Shown here: positions 12,466 through 25,748 of the stretch, one piece after another | Layout of the letters: each line of letters begins with the position of its first letter | How positions within the stretch are numbered: position 1 is the first letter of the stretch | From: Moniliella sp. 'wahieum' | Lineage: Eukaryota | Assembly (NCBI GenBank): GCA_003971905.1 | Contig: RSEE01000006.1 | Coordinates: 992,001 to 1,056,000 of the forward strand | Length of the DNA stretch: 64,000 bases | Direction: 5' to 3' | Made by a program: the position numbers and the translations under genes | Notes under the pieces: model-generated | Seen by the model: the letters and a program-made list of their open reading frames with translations, nothing else | Told to the model about the DNA's origin: nothing | Databases searched by the model: none

Positions 12466-13429
12466 GGGTGTCGTGATGGCTGGCTTGAACTGACGACCGC
12501 CATGCCCTCATCCTTGAGGACTAACAAGATCCCACAAGCCATGTTAAGCGTATATGATGTCTTATGGGCCAGACACGGAGGAGAGGGATCATATTGGCAT
12601 CTCCCAAGCCAACCGGGCTGATGGAGGGAGAAGTTTCTTGGGCACAGCCGACTCCGTCTCGGGGAAGCGCGGAGAGGGCCCATCATAGCCCTTACCCGGG
12701 CGGCCAAAAGGGTGGAGAGAAAGCAAAATCACGCGGCATTGAGCAAACCGCCAGCCGCACTAGGTCCAGTGGCATGGTCATGCATACTACCATCACGTGT
12801 CACAAAACAGTCACTTGGTGATATCTCAAGTGAATCACCCGCCCCGGTCAGTTGGCCGTTTTGATCGATGCGCGCCTCGGCCAATTACTCGTGGGTGTAT
12901 AGGAGGGGGCCTATACCATTTTTACCGACATCGAGCATATTGATCCTTCATTTGACGCGGCCTATGCGATTTTTATCTGCCTCATCGTTTCTGCCTCGTT
13001 TGGTTGTCAGGGACCTATAACATGTATGCCACATGCGAGTGAGGCTCACATTCGATGCATATGCTACTCATTCTCGGCCGGAGCAAAACGAGCGAGACAT
13101 CAAGCGCAATAACCAGCGAGGTGGATGCTACAGTGGACAAGAATTCAGGGACAAATGTGCGCATGGAGAAGGCGGGTCGGGGAGAAAACTTGGCTCCAAC
13201 ATGCCAACCGTTGCGTCAGCCGAAAAGAGCTGGAATATGGGAGAGGCGAAATAAAAAAGCATCAAGCCAAGGGCGAGCTCAAGAGTGGAAAGGGAAGAAT
13301 CGTCCTGATCGTTTGTGTATCGGGGGCCAGTGGAGGCAAATGGGTAGAAAAGGCAAGCAGGCTGAGGGCAAACACAATCCAAGACAGAACAGGGAGAAAG
13401 AGGAAGGAGGGGAAAATGTGCGCCTTACC

Positions 13430-15055
13430 TCAGAGGTCGACCGTGTAGTTGGCAGGGAACCAACCTACTTTGCCATGGCACTCTCCCGACCACCAATCCT
13501 CCCGCGTCGGCGTCCGCTTCGTCACGCGGATCACATCGCCCGCGGAAAAGGAGATGTCCGTGTCGCCCGAGGCGGGGTTGTAGGCAAACTTGGCCATCAC
13601 CAACGTCTCATCTCCCCAGTGCCCGCTGCTCCTGCCCGGCCGGACCCTGTAGCAGAAGAGCTTGGATGGAGTTGTAATCCGTCTCGATGGGTGAGGGGGG
13701 CGGTTGCCAACCGAGTTGCCCACATACCCACCTGTGAGCGGAGGATGGAGGATGATGCACCGGTGCGCGGGGGACTCAAGTTGGCCTCGAAATCCTCCAC
13801 CGGCCTCGACCGGGCGCGGTAGCCAGGCATGTCATCGTCCGAGTCACCACCGTAGCCACCATAGGATGATTTGCGACGGTATCCATTGCCACTGCCTCGC
13901 GCGGTGGGCGGCCATCGCCAAAGGCGTAGTTGCTGGCCCATGATTTGCCTCCATTGGAAGCGCTGGAAGACTGGGGGCCATACCGGTGGCTCGAACTGCC
14001 GTTGCCAAACTTGGACCCACGGTTGCGCGGGCCGAGGGGTCTTGTTGCAGCTCGCGGTCAAAGTCGTCCATCTCGTTAAAGCGTTTCTCGTTATGACCCC
14101 ACGATCCGCCCGAGTGGGAATTGGCCCACTGGTCGCTCCCACGGGACAGGGAATCACTTTGGGTGCGCCGGCTGCGGTAGGGCCGAGACTCTGATGCATA
14201 GGGGTCGCGGAACGATTGCTCCGGTTGGGCGGGCCAGAGTGGTTGCCCTGTCCTCGCCACGAAGAACCGTAGTCATCCTCGTCGCTGTCCGAGTCATCAT
14301 ATCCGCCGTTGTTCCCACGGTCTCGACGACCACCGCCGTATCTGCCGTTGCCATAGTTGTCGGACGAGACGGGGAAATAATGGAACTGTCGTCATCGTAT
14401 AGTAGGCACCGTCGGTAGTAGGGCGACGACTGACGCGGTTTAGAATGTCAGTTAGGCCAATGGCAAACTCGGGCGTCTCGATCCGCCCGCCGAGGATATG
14501 CCTGGCTGTCACCCTGAACCATAGGCCTTGGCATTGGCATCCGAACGGTCCATAAGAATGGTGCCCTCGAGGGAAATGCCGCCATAGAGACCCTTGCTTT
14601 TGCTAACTCAACATGGCCGCCACTTGCCGGTGGAAGAGACGGAGCCACCAGCCTCGGCAGCACGGCCCAAGGGCCCAATGGCAAGCGCCATGTTGCCGCC
14701 AAGTTGGAGCGATCCGGTGGCCATAAACGTAGACACGGCAGGGGCGGAAGAAGGACAATGAGAAAGTCGGTGACCTCGGCACCACAATTGAAGCCACCTC
14801 CAAGACCCCCAAGGCCAATAGCCGAGGGGGGGGACCAGGTTCATCGGGAAGACGGGCAACGACGACGCCTGCGCCACCGCGGGCACTCATCAGGAAGCCG
14901 ATGCGGAAGACACTGAAGATGGCAAAGCCCTTGGCGCGCGCCAAGACGCTGGCAGGAACGACATTGTCACCCGGTCGGGGCTGGTAAAGTCGCGGACGAT
15001 TTTGGAGGCCTTACGGCTCTCGGCAGGCAAAGAGACAGGGAAGGGGGTTGCCCAT
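13430..15055 (-). CDS. YSC84: Ysc84/Lsb3 family actin-binding protein (SYLF/YAB domain + C-terminal SH3)
   Basis: MGNPFPVSLPAESRKASKI, LARAKGFAIFSVFRIGFLMSARGGAGVVVARLPD; C-terminal SH3 AKFAY..DISFSAGDVIRVTKRTPTREDWWSGECHGKVGWFPANY; frameshifted. Confidence 0.9.
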
Positions 15056-16788
15056 TGCGATGGCCAGGGTATGTGGGAGGCAAGGGGTTGGGGGGAGCGC
15101 AACCGGGTATGGGGGCTGGGGAGGAAGACAGCCCGGAGAGGGTTACCGCTGCAGGGGAGACGCGGGTGGTGGTGGTAGTGGTGGTGGGGTGGGAGGGCAA
15201 GAGAAGACGGAAGGAAGGCAAGAGAAGAGAAGGGCAGGCTGTGGGAAGGGGGCTGCGCACACCCGCCTCGGGGGACGGCGGAAAGGCGCGTGTGGACAAA
15301 GTACGGCTGGGGAACACTGGGCTGCTGCGGCTGCTGCTGCCCGCCTCGTCTTGGCTGAGCGGCTGAGCGCCCGAGTAGTGGCAGGCGTTGTGCTGAGTCC
15401 ACCGTGCTGCATACTGGCCCACGCCGGCGCCTGCCCGCACCGACGTCACCGTCCCCGCACAGCAGCAGTGTCCTGCGCGTGCGGGACGACGGGCATAGTC
15501 GGCCATACGGCGCTGGCCCTGCGCCTCCTGCGCTGAGGCTCAGCGCCGAGGCTCAGTCAGTGCCCAGTGGGAGGACGTCAGACGCTGTTGCAAGTGGCAA
15601 GCATGTCAAAAGCTTCAACCCGGGAAGCTAGCCACCAACTGCTGTCAGGGTGACCGTCGCCAGCCTCACCTCCATGATGCTTGGATGAAGTCGATGAAGC
15701 TTGACTAACTTGACGTTTGAAGTTGAAGGTTGATTTGAAGCTTGAACGCCTTCTCAGGCTAGCGCAGAGGCCGTGCGCAGCGCCCTTGGGCTGTGGTCAG
15801 ATAATCGATGATGCAGACGATGGGAGGAAGATGGGGTGAGTGGCATGACCGGTGGTGACCGGACTGTGACCGAGCACCAGTAGGTCATACCAGGCCATCC
15901 ATACCTGGGCTCACGCGTCACGCGCGCTCGCATGTCGCACCCATGGAGATACCTGTCACTCACTTGTACCCGGGGGGTGTCAACATCTTCTGACCTTCCC
16001 GTCCACAACATTCAACTCGCTCGGCGTCCTTGCTGGGACCAACGCATAAAGGCCACCAGTTCCCGGCGTTTGTTTGTTTTCAGTGCCCCAATGAAGAAAT
16101 TGAGTTATAGGTGCACACTGCACGCCGAGCGTTTCTCCTGTGTGGTGCGGGCGAGAGAAGCACAAGAACACCCATCCTTCACACCCGTATCAGCCCGCCC
16201 GTGTGCAGATGTGGACGAGAGATGGATGAGAGCCAACGCTTGGTCGTACCCCGCGCCCTGACTGACACCATAAGCAAGTAGCAAGGCACATGCGCGGGGC
16301 GCCCGACGCGGCCCATTGGAACCATCAGATCTCAGATGGATCGCACGTGAGGTACGCGTGACGCGTCACGGCGTAGCGGCCGCCCCGAGGCATCGGTGCA
16401 ACCCCCGCGCACTTGCACCGCCTGGCCGGCGTGGTTTGAAATTGGACACGCCTGAATCATGCATCATGCCTGGTGCATCATGCATCGCGCTGCGGGTGAA
16501 AGAGAAAAATAGAATACGATGCTCACCCATTCTCCCGCCGCTCACCGACGGCCACGACTGGCGTGGTGCGGATGAAAGGAAGGCGGAGGGCCCGGCGCTG
16601 CGGCAGTGTGTGGATCGTTTTTTCCCAGCGCCTCTTCTGTTCTGCGCTGTTCGGCGGGTGGATTCCAAGGCAAGCTTTCAGAGCCGCTGCCGCTCTCGGC
16701 TGCGATCAAAAGGTGGGGCTTCTTCGCTTCTCCGTTCTTACACACGACACCCCTCCTCTTTGGCGATACCCCTCTGCCCTCCTCCATA

Positions 16789-18058
16789 ATGGTCAAGTGC
16801 GTGCCCCCCCTCCTCCCCGCCCTTGGCCCACCGCATGCTAACCATGTCGATCCAGGGACACCAAGCTGTACGATGCTCGGCGTTGCGCCCGAGGCGAGCG
16901 AGACGGAGCTCAAGAAGGCGTACCGCAAGAAGGCCCTCTCTGCTCACCCGACAAGGGCGGCGACCGCGAAGTGTTCAAGGAGATCACCGCTGCGTATGTG
17001 TGCTGTCTGACTCGGAGAAGCGCGACCTGTACGACCGCTTTGGTGAGGAGGGTCTCAAGGAGGGAGGCGGGATGGGCGGGATGGACCGTCGGACCTCTTC
17101 TCGCAGCTCTTTGGTGGCCGTGGTGTTCTTTGGTGGGGGGGCGGTCCCAGCCGCCTCAGGGCCCGCGTAAGGGCAAGGACCTGGTTCACCGCATCAAGGT
17201 TTCGCTCGAGGAGCTGTACAATGGCAAGACGACCAAGCTGGCACTGCAGAAGCATGTGATTTGCAAGTCCTGCCATGGCTTGGGCGGCAAGGAAGGTGCG
17301 GTCAAGACGTGCCCAGGGTGCCACGGACAAGGTGTCAAGTTTGTCATGCGCCAGTTGGGCCCCATGGTGCAGCAACTGCAGCAGACTTGCCCAGACTGCA
17401 ATGGTACTGGCGAGTTGATTGACCCTAAAAACCGCTGCAAGGAGTGCAACGGGAAGAAGGTGGTGTCGGAGCGCAAGGTGCTTGAAGTGCGGATCGACAA
17501 GGGTATGGAGGATGGTCAGCAGATTACCTTCAAGGAGGAGGCCGACCAGGCCCCCAACACCATTCCAGGTGATGTGGTGATCGTTGTAGAGGAGAAGCCC
17601 CACCCTCGCTTCAAGCGGAGGAAGAACGACCTGGTGACCGACATCCAGATTGACCTGCTTACGGCCCTTGGTGGAGGTCAGGTCAACATCCCTCACCTTG
17701 ATGACCACGCTTTGGCGATTGAGCTCCCCAAGGGCGAGGTGGTCAAGCCTGGCGAAACCAAGGTGCTGCGTGGACAGGGCATGCCCTCCTACCGGCACCA
17801 CGAAATGGGGGATCTCTACGTCAATGTTTCGGTGACCTTCCCCGACTTTATTTCCGAAGACAAGATTCCGTTCTTGGAGATGGCCCTCCCGCCCCGCGCA
17901 GAGCCCGCACCAGTTGCCAAGGGTATCGACCTGGAGCCGGTCGTGCTGGAAAGCATGGACGAGCGGGAAGAGCGGAATGCGCGCGCTACGAATGGGGACG
18001 TGGAGATGGACGAGGACGAGGATGGGCTGGCCCACAGGTCCAGTGTGCCCAATCTTGA
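16789..18058 (+). CDS. YDJ1: Type I Hsp40 co-chaperone Ydj1/Mas5
   Basis: MVK|intron 16797-16855|DTKLYD, ELKKAYRKKAL..HP(D); four CxxCxGx[G/K] zinc motifs; ends VQCAQS* (CaaX) after a frameshift. Confidence 0.95.
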
Positions 18059-18688
18059 GTCGTGCAAAACAGTATTATCTTGACCATGTTTCTTCTAGTC
18101 CTGTACTCACTTCCTGATGGAACGTATGCCGCGATTGCTCCACATCTGTTTGCCATTGCTGCGTTTTGCTTGGGGAGCACCTGCTGTTCTGCGACGCATT
18201 TTTTCTGTGGTATAGGCTCTTTTCCGCTTTTCTGTCCAAGACCGTAGAGCGGATAACGGATTTGTACACGAATGCCAGGTTCTCTCGTGCGTGTGTCATG
18301 CGAGCGAGAACACAGGGGCAAAGCTATAGGGCCTTGGCAGCTACCTTTCTTTCCTTTCTTTGGCCTGGAGCGCCTGGGGGGGAGAAGAAGCACTGCCGAT
18401 GTGGTTGGTCTGCAGATGCTGGGTATGTGCGGGGTAAAGTGGGCTGTGCGCTTACCTCAGCCTGGATGCGGTGGTGTCAGCGGCGGTTACTGGGCGCAGG
18501 GCAGCGGAATCATGAATCAGCTAAGCCGCTGCACCTGAAATTTCACGGGCAGGCAATGGGCCGGGCGACGGACAAGCGCAGCGGCGGGCCAGCGGGCTCA
18601 GCCGGAGCGCAGGCTGCTCCTGCTGGCCGGGTGTGTCCGAGCGCACTTCCTCTCATCTCCCGCCCCCGCCCCCCCCCCACCGCTCGCC

Positions 18689-19180
18689 ATGCTCCCCACC
18701 CCGCTCGTGCGCGTCTCCGCCACCGCCGCCCTGCGCGCCACCGCGCACACGCCCCTCATCCGCTTCCCGACCGCCGCATTGCCCACCCCGCCGGAGCGCC
18801 CAAGCCCCATCCCTGCGCCCCTCGGACGCCGTGGCCCAGTTTGCCCAGTTTGAGCAGACGCGTGCCTCGGGCCCGCACTTTGATCCGGCCAAGGTGGTCT
18901 CCTTGGACCAGCTCTTCAACAAGGCCTCCAACGGCGCACCCGCAACCGCACCCGCATCTGCAACCAGCTCCACCGCCTCGGCCGCCGAGGGCGTGGTCGA
19001 GGACCTGCACCAGCCCCAAGCGATACTGGGCCACCCCGGCCTTGACAATCACCGAGGCCGAAATGGACGCTGTCAATGTACGTCCTCCTCCTCCTCTGTC
19101 GCTTCCTCCTCCTCCTGTGGCCCACGTGAACGGACAAGGGACTGACCATCCGATAGAGCGGGGGTGCTTCGTTGATTTGA
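18689..19180 (+). CDS. KGD4: 2-oxoglutarate dehydrogenase adaptor Kgd4/Ymr31 (MRPS36 family)
   Basis: Presequence-like start, HTPLIRF, PKPHPCAP, C-terminal ITEAEMDAVN|intron 19078-19156|SGGASLI*. Confidence 0.75.
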
Positions 19181-20447
19181 GCACAAGCCAGGTTGGCCCG
19201 TGCGACCGAGCTCGAATCCTGCTTCCAATGCTGCTTGGTGCAGGATAGCGCTGGGGTCTGGGGGGTGGTCTTGCATCTCTCCGTCTTTTTTTGTTTAGTG
19301 TTTTGGTCCCCTTCGGCTCGCGCCTGTAAAGCTTCCTCTTGACGTCTAACGAGAACCTGACGTTTCACACACGCTGCAGTTGTGGAGGGTGGAGGGTGGG
19401 AAGGGCGAGAGGTGGAAGCAGAGGCCGATACAGCACTCAACTGCAGTGAGGTTTGGGGAACTCGTAGTATCCTTGCGCCAGGTGTGAGGCTCGGAGGTAT
19501 TCGCAACAAAGGCGTATATAGCATGCAATCCTGTCCATTTCTCGTATCATTTGTTCCAGCATAAGCGCCGTTGGCAGGGAAGGGAGAGCGCTTCAGTTGG
19601 GTACTGGCACCGTACCGGATGTTACCCCCCTGCCAGGGACAAACAGCAACGGTCAGCCTCGGTTGCCGGCCAAATTATGGAGAACTTGATCCCGAGACGC
19701 GGATGCGGATGCGCGCTGCGTTAGGGAGTGGGACCAAAGCATCACAGTGGACCTCGTCAGGGACCAGGGGAGTGAATGTCACCTGTCTCTCCGCCAGGGA
19801 TTGGGGTTGTTCTTCGAGCGTCAAGCTTCACCCCGTCTCAGTTCGTAGAGTACATTGGCATCCTGATTCCTTGACTGTGGCTGCACCCTCTTTCTACAGT
19901 CCGTGGGGTAGACTGACGTCGTCTGCCGCTGCCCCTTCCGTACCGCGTTTATCCCCACAGTCCCAAGTCGCATGGGACCCTTCACCCCGGCTTCGACCCG
20001 CCTTTTTCTTATTCCGATGGGGATAATGCCTTTCCTTTCCTTCAGGAAGATGACTCCCGATAATGCGGTATCCGAAGATCAAGAGGCGCAGGTGCAAAGC
20101 AAGAAGGCTTGACTTTCTTCTTAACAATGGGAATCACAGTGGATGCGTTGGAGAGTGAATAGAATAGGTTGTGCCAGTACCGCACTCCTTTCTTTCCGTA
20201 ATACCCTTCTTTTCTGGAATATGGCTGGAAGGAGGGAGGCTCGTGACGGTATCATATTTGACTCGTTCCCGCTCGACCTCGGGTCCCTATAGTATAGTGC
20301 CATGGGGGTTCTCTAGCAGGCGTAAGAACCCCAATCCTCTACGATCTATATACAGGCAGGCTCGACCTACTTGGTCCGTCAACCAGCTGCCTTGCGATGC
20401 AAAAATGCAATGGAAATGCAAGGTTGGTTTGGGCTGGGATGTCCTAC

Positions 20448-23036
20448 TTAGTCCCATGCCATCTCGTCCTCCGACGGCGGCGCCACATCCAAGTCGGGCA
20501 AATCCGAGCCGAGTCCGAGTCCGAACCCGAACCGGACCCGAATCTGCCTCGCGTGGAGCCGATGAGCTGGTCGCGCGCTCGCTGTCCTTCTCCGTCGTAC
20601 GACGCTCGACGACCGGGACGGGGTGGAGGCTCGACGAAGGTGGCGAGGCAGGCGCTGTCGGCCACCGTAGGCGCCGGAGCCAAGTCAACCACCTCGACCG
20701 TATCCACCTCAATCGCCGGCGGGGCGAGAGACACGGACGGGGGAGCAGCAGCCAAGGCCGGGGCAGCAGAGGCTACAGCAGCTGAGGGGGGAATGCGGCC
20801 ACCGCCTCGCTCGAAGGCAGAGGCACCGAAGCAAATGTACTGATGCCGGTCTGCAAAGGAGCGTGATGGGTCATCTGCCGCTTGGCCGGTGGCTCAATGG
20901 GCGTGTCGTGAGCCTCTTGCGTCGTCCCATCTCGATCTCCGTCTCCAGTCGGGACGAGCTGGGTACGTTGGGCATGGGCCTGAAGCACGTCGGCCAACAA
21001 GGCGTCCATCGCCTCGTCCCCGTCCCACTCGGGCACGGGGAGGAAGCGGGGCGTGGTTGGTAACCAACGCCAGCGTCGCTTTGAGCTGCTGCAACGCTTG
21101 CGCCACCTCCGCATTGTCCGTAGCAAAGTCCAAGCTAGCTCCGAGACCAGGCACCGTGGCGGCCCACACGCCGCCCGGCGCATTCTGCAGCGAGGCAGCC
21201 AGCATCCGCATCAGATTGGCCAGAGGGAAGGCGGGGCATAACTCGTTACTCCGAGGGTGAAAGGATGGCACGGACGCCCGCCACACCAAGCGCGGTAAGG
21301 GTGACAGAACGCGGCGCACGCGGTTCCTCCTCCTGCTTTGGTAGACGTCGTGGGTGGGTCGGGCGCAGCGGCGGAAAGGACAGGCGCCAAGGAGGCAAGC
21401 ACACAGCTCGCTGCCTCGGCGGCTTGGGCCGACAGGTCTCTGGCCCGTGGGCTGGGCGGGAGGTGGACGAGGTAGGTGGCAACAAGGGCTTGGCATGCGT
21501 CGGCGAGCTTGGCGGTGCTTGGGTGGTCAGGACCAAGCGGGACAAGGACAGGAGGCGCAAGAAGCGAGCAAGCACTTTGAGCACTACAATGTCTACCTCC
21601 TCCACCTCCGAGGGAGAAGGTAGTAGATCCGCCAGCACATCCACCAGCGGGGGGTCGTGCCTGCACCCACATGGAAGGGGCAGAGGGGACGAGGAGGCTA
21701 AGCGTACCCTCCTTCCCGGTGCGTTGGAAGAGCGTTCCAAGGAGCAGCAGAGCGACCGTTTGAAGAGTAGGGAGAATTTCCACTTGGGCGGCATGCAGCG
21801 CCGCGTCCACCGTGGCGCAGCAGCCTTCTTTGCCGCCGCACGGATTCCCACACCGAGAACCGAGCCGGAGCCAAGCGGGGATGCGAGCCAGGAAATCACT
21901 CGTCCGGGGAAGACGGGCAACAACAGAGGGTGCGGGCACAGCAAGCATGACCAGAAGCACATGCAACGCATGCTTCAGCAACTGCACTTGTCCTGCCACC
22001 GTGTCAGGGGTAGCAACCAACGGGGGCGGGGGCGACGCGAGCACGCCCAGAGGAAAGGTAGACCCCCACGCCGGCACGGTCGCGGTACATAACGTGGAAG
22101 AAAGACTGGTGAGGTAGAGGTCGACGGTGCCCAGCGCCGCATCGATGGTAGCGGCCCACAAAGTGGAAGGAGTGGGGTTGCGTACACGCCCAGTTGTTGT
22201 GCTGCGCTGACGATCGTGCTGCCTTGAGCGCGTGCGGGGTCCGTGCCGGAATACGCGTAGCTCGTTTTCGGTTCCTGGGAGGGGTGTCGGTGGACACGGG
22301 TACTGGGGTGGCCGCTTTCGGCCACGCCTCGGCCGGGTCCGTGGGGCGGGGGGAAGATCCGGTGCGGTGGAGATCGATAAGGAGGGTCGCTGCTGCTTCC
22401 ACCTCGTCCTTGGCAGAGATTGCGGTGGGGGACAAGGAGGGCGGGAAAGAATGTGGGTAGCCACGGCGCGCACGTGCTGGCCAAGGCACGGTAGGTGGAG
22501 GGGGTGCGGCGCCGTCGCGGGACAGGCACGCAGGAGAACGGACAAGAGAGAATTGCCGGTTGGGATGGCCTGAGCACAAGCCTCGGCAGCGCCCACAAGG
22601 GCCTGGGCAAAGGCCTTGGCGTGCGCTTGAATAATGTTGCGCGTAAAGAGTTGGAAGGCGGTCGCCTCGTCGGGGGACAGCGAGAGCGGGAGCGTGCGGA
22701 GAGAACGTGGTGGGCCAATGCCAAGGTAGACTCCATCTGGGGCGGGAGAGGAGACGCTTTCGCAAGCGCGGACGGAATGGCTTGGAGCTGCTTGACGGCA
22801 TAGGCAAGCCACGCGGCCCGGCAGTCTGGCGGGCATCCTGGACGCCCGTCGACGCGGCGGCGGAGGCGGCGGTGGTGGGGCAGGGAGGATGGAACGGGGG
22901 TAGGGCCGAGGCTGTGGATGAGGGAGAGGGCCACGGCGACGCCCTCGGGGCTGGCGCGGAGGAGGGCAACGCTGCGGACGGCGAGGCCAGCATGCGGAGG
23001 CGCGCCGGCGCCACCGGGGGCAAGGGCAGCGGCCAT
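20448..23036 (-). CDS. Rix1/PELP1-like pre-60S processing factor (tentative), frameshifted
   Basis: Long helical Leu/Ala-rich body (LWAATIDAALGTVDLYLTSL; AAQVEILPTLQTVALLLLGTL), low-complexity tail, acidic C-terminus SDSD..DLPDLDVAPPSEDEMAWD* resembling the Rix1/PELP1 end. Confidence 0.55.
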
Positions 23037-23361
23037 GTTTCTGGGAGAGCTGCTGTTTGCTGTTGGAGGGAGGACGCAGAAAGAAAAAAAGAATGAAAGT
23101 TGCAATGCGCCCGCATGACGAATAGATGCGATGTGCGCTGGGCAGTAGGGTTGCCCTGTCGCGGATGGCCCACACACTGGCCCCGTGCGCCGTGGCTGCG
23201 CTGGCTGTGGGGGCACGGCGCGAGTCTGCGCCGCGGCCGGCACTCGGGCTTGTTCCCAGCGCTGGCTCAGTGACGCACACGGCCGCCTCCGCACGCTGCC
23301 CCACCATCTCCCTCGCCGCCTCCCTGCCAGCGCCTCTGCCTCCTCCTGTCCTGCGCTGGCC

Positions 23362-25287
23362 ATGCCGCCGCCTCCGCCGCCCGCCCCCGCCCTCCCCCCC
23401 CCCCCCTCCCCCTCCTCCATCCCCCGACAGCCTCCTCGCCCGGCCCAGTCCCACCCGCCAGCCTCTCGATCGCTGCCTCCGCCTCGGCCTCCACCGCCCC
23501 CTCCACCGCCCTCTCCATCAGCCCCTCCCCCTCTTCCCGCCTCCTGGCCGACTGGTCCGAGTCGTCTGACACCGAGCCCCCCGACACCCACTCGCCCGGC
23601 AAACACCTCTCTTCCCCCCGCCCCCTTCCTTGCCCCGAACTGGAGCTTGACAATGCGTTTGACCCGACCGAGCTTGATGCTGCATTTGGGCTAGCAGGGG
23701 TGCCGCACCTCCCAACATTCCTTCCCGCCCCCTCGGCCTCGACTGGCTCGATGGCCCCCATCCCCTCGCTGGATGACGCGCTGGAAGGGTTGGAGTTGTC
23801 CGAGTCAAACTCGATGACCGATGATGACATGGAGCAAGGCCTGGAATGGGACCCTGCCCAACCCTCCGAGGACCTGGGTGCTCGTGCGCGCCGTCTCTGG
23901 CCAGATCTTTTCCGTCCACCAGAGGCAATAGCCTTCACATCCCTCTTTCTGATGTATCTTCCTTACCCCTACCTACCCGCCCACTCCCGTCCACAACCAA
24001 GGAACCCCTCCTCTCCCCTCCCCCCTCCCTTGCCCGGCTCTTTTCTCCCCCCTCCCCTCTCAGAAGGTCCAAATCGTCGCGAAGAGATGACAGCTTTACT
24101 CCTACATCTTGCACTGAAACCCCCCTGCCCGTCGTTGACACCAAGCGTCAGGAACCTGACCGCCGCCCCCTGAATCCCACAGTTGCCACCTTACGGGATG
24201 CACGCCGGCGTCAAAACTCTTTGCCTGGCGTGAGCGTTATCACCGCCACAGGCTCTTTCTCTTCTCCAAGGTCAACGGGAAAAGCACAGTCGACTTTCCC
24301 ACTTCTTGCCTCATCACCCAATGCTTCCCCTCGTGCTTCTCCCCAACTTGGTGGCGGGCGTACCCTTACACGCTCTGACTGCCCTACGCATCGGTCTGAT
24401 GGTTCCCCTGTCCGATCGTCTGGATCTCATGGCTTACGCGGATGGAGGATACGTCTTTCGCCCGTTCCCCACGGTGTACATTCAGCGCACCCCAAGTCGG
24501 CCTCTAGCACACCCGTATCCACCCCACACTCTCGCCCAACTCTACCTTGGGGGCAGTGGCTTGTGGGCCTACGTTACTTCCAGAATCTGCCAGTCCTAAT
24601 CCTGAGCGCCGAAGTTTGGCCGACGTGGTCCGGTCTCCGCGCTTCTCTACTCTGGGCTTGCGAGGCGAGACCCTGCGCCCCCCACGTCCACGATCAGCGG
24701 GATCTGGTACCCTCGGTAGTCTCGGCCGGAACGGGTGGTGGCCTCCGTTCCGCCGCCCGCTCACTCCAGATGGGACGTCTCCCTTGAATCCCGAACCACA
24801 AGAAAAGAGGAAGAAGCGGTTGCCGCTTCTACTTCCTAAACGAGATGTGGGCACCTCCGCCGGTCCGACGGTAGTGGGACAAATGAGGTTCGATCCCCTG
24901 CGGCGTACTTGGCTACGCACCGCTCAAGATGGAATTGACGAGGAAGAAGATTTGCTCCGTCCCTTTGGCGAGGCCGAGGAGGACGAAGCTTGGTTGACGG
25001 GTAAGGTGGAGCGGGCTGAGACACCCACCCCTGCCCCCTTTGTGGACCCATGGGAAACCAACCCCACTGAACCCCGACCACCGTTGAGAGTACGAGTGCG
25101 CCAATCCGGTCCGCTTCGACCAGGGAAGAAACCGTCTCTGTGGGCATTGGGCCGCTCGCCTCGCCGCCCGGCTTCCGTCACCTTCGACTCGACCCCGATC
25201 CTACTAGGCCTGACAACGGAGCTCGAACTGGCATTCCACCAAGCTGAACAACTTCACCAGGAGCAATGCCGGCTCCTAGGGCTCTGA
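23362..25287 (+). CDS. Byr4/Bfa1-like SIN/MEN GAP scaffold (tentative)
   Basis: Low-complexity protein with VVGQMRFDPLRRTWL..DEEEDLL and terminal AFHQAEQLHQEQ, similar to the Byr4/Bfa1 C-terminal GMxFDPxxMxW / EAEERH pattern; start uncertain. Confidence 0.5.
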
Positions 25288-25748
25288 CCCCCCCCTCCCC
25301 CCCTCCATCCCCCTCACCCTCCATTCTTTTTGGATCTTGTTACCTCTCTCTTGGCTTTGACTGTTGGCTACTCGCTTCTTTGCCCGCTGCACCGCTGCGT
25401 GGAACTGCTCTGTATTTTTGGGGCCTTTGGTTTGCGACCCAGATACCACTTTCCTTGACCCACTTTGAGGCCGTATTTCAACCTTCCATTTCTCAGGTCT
25501 TCCTTTGACCATCTATGTTTTCCCTGTTGTGCGCTTCGTATCCTGTTCCGACCCCCATGCTTTAGGCGCTCGACATGCCTCTCCGCAAGCTATATATCCT
25601 TTCATTCACGAACCAATTATCATCCCCTCCTTCGGTTCTGTTCGTAGCAGGCCCGACCAGCCTAGATGAGTGATACGTGTCGTGTTATGCTCGCATCCGT
25701 GTCTCCCTGCCAGCCACCTGATCCTTCTTGAGACCAACAGTACTGGCG

